64,000 nt of DNA, from NCBI GenBank assembly GCA_946415785.1, contig CAMKTV010000001.1, forward strand, positions 38,882 to 102,881, written 5' to 3'. Position numbers and translations under genes: made by a program. A model generated the notes under the pieces. The model made no database searches. It was not told the DNA's origin and saw only the letters and a program-made list of their open reading frames with translations. Shown here one piece after another: positions 60,426 to 64,000 of this stretch; the first letter of the stretch is position 1; every line of letters begins with the position of its first letter. This DNA is from an uncultured Solobacterium sp. (lineage in GTDB: Bacteria; Bacillota_I; Bacilli_A; Erysipelotrichales; Erysipelotrichaceae).

Positions 60426-60641
60426 ATGGAAGATTTCAAATATCAAAATGATTTTGAAAAAGCTATTGCTGCTTCTTTAAATCATAATAGTGACATCGAT
60501 TCAACAGGAGCAGTTACTGGTAACATAGTTGGACCATTCTTGGGGTATGATAAAATACCTCATAAATATTTAAACAATTTAGAATTAAAAGAAGAAATAC
60601 TAGATATATCAAAAGATTTATTTATATTGAGACAAGAATAG
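60426..60641 (+). pseudogene. C-terminal remnant of an ADP-ribosylglycohydrolase-family gene
   Basis: This 71-aa ORF carries only the C-terminal metal-site region (NSDIDSTGAVTGNIVGPFLGYDKIPHKYL). Full-length family members are about 250-350 aa, and an in-frame stop lies at 60408-10. Confidence 0.6.
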
Positions 60642-60749
60642 ACATGAAGCATCACATGAATCAAAAATAATCATACATATATTTTCTATCATGTTAAATT
60701 ATTAAAGATTTTACCAAAGTGAAGTTTTTATTGGATATAGGTATTGGCC

Positions 60750-60777
60750 TTGCAAATTTATAAATAATTAGTAATAT
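60750..60777 (+). promoter_or_regulatory. Putative promoter of the 630-aa gene (possibly a leaderless mRNA)
   Basis: TTGCAA (60750-55), a 16-nt spacer and TAATAT (60772-77). ATG 60782 lies 5 nt downstream and has no SD. Confidence 0.35.
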
Positions 60778-60781
60778 ATTT

Positions 60782-62674
60782 ATGATGAATAATGATTATC
60801 TTATAGCTAAAAAACTAGGTGATAAAGATTTTCACCGTTTAATAAATGAAAAGAAAGACCCTTTCTTAAAATCTTTGGAAGATGAGGTTAAAAATCTTTA
60901 TATTTTAAGTAAACAATATGTTGGAACTTTTGATATACCTTTGCATATGATAGTCGGCACCGTAAATAACTTAAGAAAAAGATCTTTTGCGGAAAACTTT
61001 ATGCCTATTATGAATGAAAATAGTGAATTTGCTTATAAATGGAATAATCTATTTGAAAGTCAAGTTAATGAAGGCATCAATGAGCCTATAAAGGTTTATG
61101 AATATCTACAAAACTTTTATGTAATAGAAGGCAATAAAAGAGTTTCGGTTATGAAATTTCTTAATAATTTTGCGATTCGAGCAGAAGTTATTAGAGTTTT
61201 ACCAGAAAGAAACAGCGATAATGAATTGTATTATGAGTTTTTAGATTTTTATTCAGTAGCGCCTATCTATGAAATTGTTTTTTCTAAAAAAGGTGGTTTT
61301 AAAGAATTAGCTAAATATTTAAATAAAGATCTAAATTCACCTTGGCCAATTGAATTAGTTAGAGAATTAGAAGCTTCATTTTTAAGATTTTATTCCATTT
61401 TTATGGAAAAGGGTGGATATCAATTGTCAATGACAGCTGCCGATGGACTCCTTTTATATTTAAAAACATATTCAATTGATTCTTTACTAGACAAATCGAG
61501 AAACATCTTAGAGAATCGTATGAATTTAATGTGGAATGAGTTTTTAAGTAGTGATAACAATGAATTTCTTTTAAAAAGCACCTCATATAATCAAAAAAAT
61601 TGGGATATACTACATTTATTTAACAAACCACCTTATGATGAAAAGCATCCTTTAAAAGTAGCTTTCATTCATAATGATGATGAAAAAGCCTTATGGATAA
61701 AAGAACATGTTAAGGGTGCGAATTATATAAATAATGTTTTTGAAAATATTGTATTATGTAAGAATTATTTTAATTGCGATAGCGATAATGCTGTAAAAAA
61801 AGCAGTAGATGAAGCGATTTCTTGGGGTGCTAAAGTTATTTTTGGAACCTCTTCAACAATTGTATACAGCTTATTAAATAAGGCGCTTGAACATAAAGAT
61901 ATAAAGTTTTTTGATTGTGCCTTAAATATTAAAAGTAACGCTATTGCGACATACTATGGAAGAATGTTTGAAGCAAAGTTTTTGATGGGTATTTTAGCTG
62001 CTCAATTAGCTGATAATCATAAAATTGCCTATATAGCTGATGCACCAGTTTATGGAACTATAGCAAATTTAAATGCTTTTGCCCTTGGCGTATCAACAAT
62101 TGATCCTAAAGCCTTAGTTTATGTTGATTGGAGCGGCAAAAAAGATTTTGATTACAACAACTTTATATTAAAAAACGATATTAAAGTTATATCTGGAAAA
62201 GATAGCGAAGAAGAAAATGCGACCTATGGAGTATATAAGATAAATGAGGATGGAACATATTCGAATTATGGAAGTGCTTATTTTAAGTGGGGCAAATATT
62301 ATGAGTTAATTCTCAAACCAATTATTTATGGCAATAATGAGATTAATGAAAATGATATAGCATCATTATATTGGTGGGGAATTAAAGAAGGTGTTTTAGA
62401 TATAAGATTATCAAAAGAATTATCATATTATTCTTTAAAGACTATCAATGGATTTAAAAACGAAATCATATCTGGATATTATTCAATCTTTGAGGGTAAG
62501 CTAATTAGTCAAGAAGGAATAATCGCAAGAGAATTTGAAACATTAGACTATAAACAAATAATTGGCATGGATTGGTTAAACGACAACATTGTCGGTATAA
62601 TACCAAAAATAAGTGAACTTAATGATGGAAGTCAAAAGCTATTTGAAGTAAGTGGAATAAGAGTTAAAAAATAA
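60782..62674 (+). CDS. Cytoplasmic ParB/Srx-like N-domain plus helical linker plus BMP (PnrA-type periplasmic-binding-protein fold) C-domain protein
   Basis: No signal peptide. The N-terminal segment PIKVYEYLQNFYVIEGNKRVSVMKFL resembles the ParB/sulfiredoxin-fold (D/E)G.(H/K)R motif. The C-terminal half (KVAFIHNDDE... GAKVIFGTSS... ATYYGRMFEAKFLMGILAA... IAYIADAPVYG.IANLNAFALG) resembles BMP-family nucleoside-binding proteins. Confidence 0.6.
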   Translation: MMNNDYLIAKKLGDKDFHRLINEKKDPFLKSLEDEVKNLYILSKQYVGTFDIPLHMIVGTVNNLRKRSFAENFMPIMNENSEFAYKWNNLFESQVNEGINEPIKVYEYLQNFYVIEGNKRVSVMKFLNNFAIRAEVIRVLPERNSDNELYYEFLDFYSVAPIYEIVFSKKGGFKELAKYLNKDLNSPWPIELVRELEASFLRFYSIFMEKGGYQLSMTAADGLLLYLKTYSIDSLLDKSRNILENRMNLMWNEFLSSDNNEFLLKSTSYNQKNWDILHLFNKPPYDEKHPLKVAFIHNDDEKALWIKEHVKGANYINNVFENIVLCKNYFNCDSDNAVKKAVDEAISWGAKVIFGTSSTIVYSLLNKALEHKDIKFFDCALNIKSNAIATYYGRMFEAKFLMGILAAQLADNHKIAYIADAPVYGTIANLNAFALGVSTIDPKALVYVDWSGKKDFDYNNFILKNDIKVISGKDSEEENATYGVYKINEDGTYSNYGSAYFKWGKYYELILKPIIYGNNEINENDIASLYWWGIKEGVLDIRLSKELSYYSLKTINGFKNEIISGYYSIFEGKLISQEGIIAREFETLDYKQIIGMDWLNDNIVGIIPKISELNDGSQKLFEVSGIRVKK

Positions 62675-62675
62675 A

Positions 62676-63311
62676 ATGAGGATATTGGCCTTATCTGACA
62701 AAGAAGATCTTGGATTGTGGAATTATTATGCACCCGAAAAAGTTGAAGGTGTTGATTTAATAATTGCCTGTGGTGATTTAAAAAAAGACTATCTAGAATT
62801 TCTTGTGACAATGATAAACAAGCCTCTTTTATATGTAAATGGTAATCATGATAGATTTAATGATAATTATTATCCAGAGGGTTGTGAAAATATTGATGGT
62901 AAATTATTCCTATTGAATGATCTTAGAGTTTTAGGGCTTGGAGGATCAAACAAATATAGTGATGAAGCAATAAATATGTATAGCCAAAAACAAATGAAAA
63001 AAAGAGTAAATAGAATTAAAAAGAACATTAAAAGTAATAATGGTTTTGACATACTTGTAGCTCATGCGCCAATTAAAGGATATGGCGATCAAGAAGATAT
63101 TGCTCATCAAGGATTTGAAGTGTTTGAAGATTTAATAAATCAATATAAACCAAAAATAATGTTACATGGGCATATCCATAGAGAATATGGAAATTTTCAA
63201 AGAATTATTAATCATCCAAGTGGTACTACTTTGATCAATTGTTTTGAATCAGTAATATTTGATATTGACTTTAAAAAAGATAAAAACAATATTGCTTTTC
63301 ATCGCTTTTAA
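62676..63311 (+). CDS. Calcineurin-like metallophosphoesterase
   Basis: The motifs are MRILALSD (motif I), ACGDL (motif II), GNHD (motif III), VAHAP and GH.H. It starts 1 nt after the previous stop. Confidence 0.8.
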   Translation: MRILALSDKEDLGLWNYYAPEKVEGVDLIIACGDLKKDYLEFLVTMINKPLLYVNGNHDRFNDNYYPEGCENIDGKLFLLNDLRVLGLGGSNKYSDEAINMYSQKQMKKRVNRIKKNIKSNNGFDILVAHAPIKGYGDQEDIAHQGFEVFEDLINQYKPKIMLHGHIHREYGNFQRIINHPSGTTLINCFESVIFDIDFKKDKNNIAFHRF

Positions 63312-63322
63312 ACTATTTGTTC

Positions 63323-63346
63323 GTAAGTACTATTGAGTGGGAATAG
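63323..63346 (+). repeat. att-like copy D (distal boundary)
   Basis: gta agt act att gag tgg gaa tag (VSTIEWE* with a TAG stop). 22 of the 23 nt match guaA 56001-56023. Confidence 0.85.
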
Positions 63347-63524
63347 TAAGAACTGTCATTCTACACTTAAATATATTCCAAATTTTACATTCAAATATAT
63401 TTTCGTAGGATAACTCAACCTAGACATAAACAAATATTATTGGCTCTTGTTTATTCTTTAAGAAGAAAGAAAGATAAATATCCAATTATTAAAGCAACAT
63501 TTTTTATTAAGATTATCTAGAATT

Positions 63525-63548
63525 AAAGTCCTTAGCTAAGGATTTTTT
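63525..63548 (+). terminator. Terminator distal to the att array (possibly the ancestral guaA terminator)
   Basis: Hairpin aaagtcctt-agct-aaggatttt followed by a T-run. Confidence 0.6.
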
Positions 63549-63575
63549 AGGTTATAATTTTACTTGAGGTAAATT

Positions 63576-64000
63576 ATGAAAAAAGAGTTTTTTAAAAAGG
63601 ATTTAAAAGAGATTCTAAGTTTTATCAATTCAGAAATTAAAAAACATAAGCTTAAAAAGAGTGAAGAAAATAGAGCATCTTTAATGGTTGAAGAAACTTT
63701 AATGACGCTAATTGAACATACTAATGAGGACACTATTACAATTAATACAAGTTATTTAGGTGGAATATTTAAGATAAAAATAGTCTCTAAGGGCGAAGCC
63801 TTTGACCCATTATCAGTAAGCGACTATGATCCAATAAGAGAAGCTCTGATGAAGTCTTTTGCGGAAGACATTCAAACTAGGCACCACAAGAATACTAATA
63901 TCATCACGATAACTGCTTATAAATCAAGATATATACTTCTTTATCGATTGATAGCTTGGGGCCTTGCGGGCTTGTTGCTGTCATTATTAATTAAAAACTT
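63576..64000 (+). CDS. Hypothetical protein, 3'-truncated by the window edge (soluble N-domain followed by a TM helix)
   Basis: ATG 63576 lies behind TGAGGT. The frame stays open to the end of the window (141 codons) and ends in the hydrophobic stretch YILLYRLIAWGLAGLLLSLLI. It is absent from the ORF track because it has no stop. Confidence 0.6.
   Translation, partial: MKKEFFKKDLKEILSFINSEIKKHKLKKSEENRASLMVEETLMTLIEHTNEDTITINTSYLGGIFKIKIVSKGEAFDPLSVSDYDPIREALMKSFAEDIQTRHHKNTNIITITAYKSRYILLYRLIAWGLAGLLLSLLIKN

Noticed and set aside
56025-63346. A prophage, ICE or PICI interpretation of the region downstream of guaA
   Set aside because: There are no integrase, excisionase, replication, packaging, capsid, relaxase or conjugation genes. 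The segments are only 1.5-3.1 kb each, so they are better described as integrase-less att-flanked islets.

Overview
AT-rich (about 30% GC by eye, not computed) chromosomal segment of a low-GC Bacillota anaerobe. The gene content (desulfoferrodoxin, ECF FolT behind a THF riboswitch, QueH, glgCDAB, Ula-type PTS) suggests an Erysipelotrichales/Clostridia-like gut organism, but the taxon is inference only. I support about 62 CDS, 2 tRNAs, 1 riboswitch, 1 complete IS3-family element and a set of Rho-independent terminators. Core blocks are: maf-coaX; THF riboswitch-folT-folC-nadK; cmk-der; PBP1A; pepP/xth/pepV; a pullulanase-glgCDAB glycogen operon; the str operon (rpsL-rpsG-fusA-tuf); and tgt-queA-queH. 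The strongest structural signal lies downstream of the guaA-like gene (55053-56024). The last codons of guaA (...IEWE-stop) recur three more times in the same orientation, at 57487-57510, 60234-66 and 63323-46. These copies divide 7.3 kb into three small cargo islets with no integrase, which looks like a tandem att-site array at a guaA 3' hotspot. Islet 1 carries an AlbA_2/Schlafen-like ATPase. Islet 2 carries a RelB/RelE-type TA plus an orphan 626-aa protein. Islet 3 carries an ADP-ribosylglycohydrolase remnant plus a ParB/Srx-like-BMP-like 630-aa protein paired with a metallophosphoesterase; this pair is my best candidate for an uncharacterised, possibly defence-type, system. Five other regions are worth a second look. 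One is a PqqD-like / HPr-kinase-like P-loop / NTP_transf_5 cassette with no visible precursor, cyclase or radical SAM gene (48.5-51.8 kb). Another is a COG0523 metallochaperone pair, one His-rich and one fused to a DUF1980-like CC domain, followed by a CcdA-thioredoxin fusion (30.1-33.4 kb). A third is an Ula-like PTS regulon that lacks the UlaD decarboxylase but has a PTE-like lactonase and an unknown beta-propeller-like protein (33.5-42.5 kb). The remaining two are a VTC/DUF4956/beta-helix lipoprotein triad (2.8-5.5 kb) and a tail-anchored poly-acidic protein with a perfect 69-bp tandem repeat. All family assignments come from motif recognition by eye. No database search was run.
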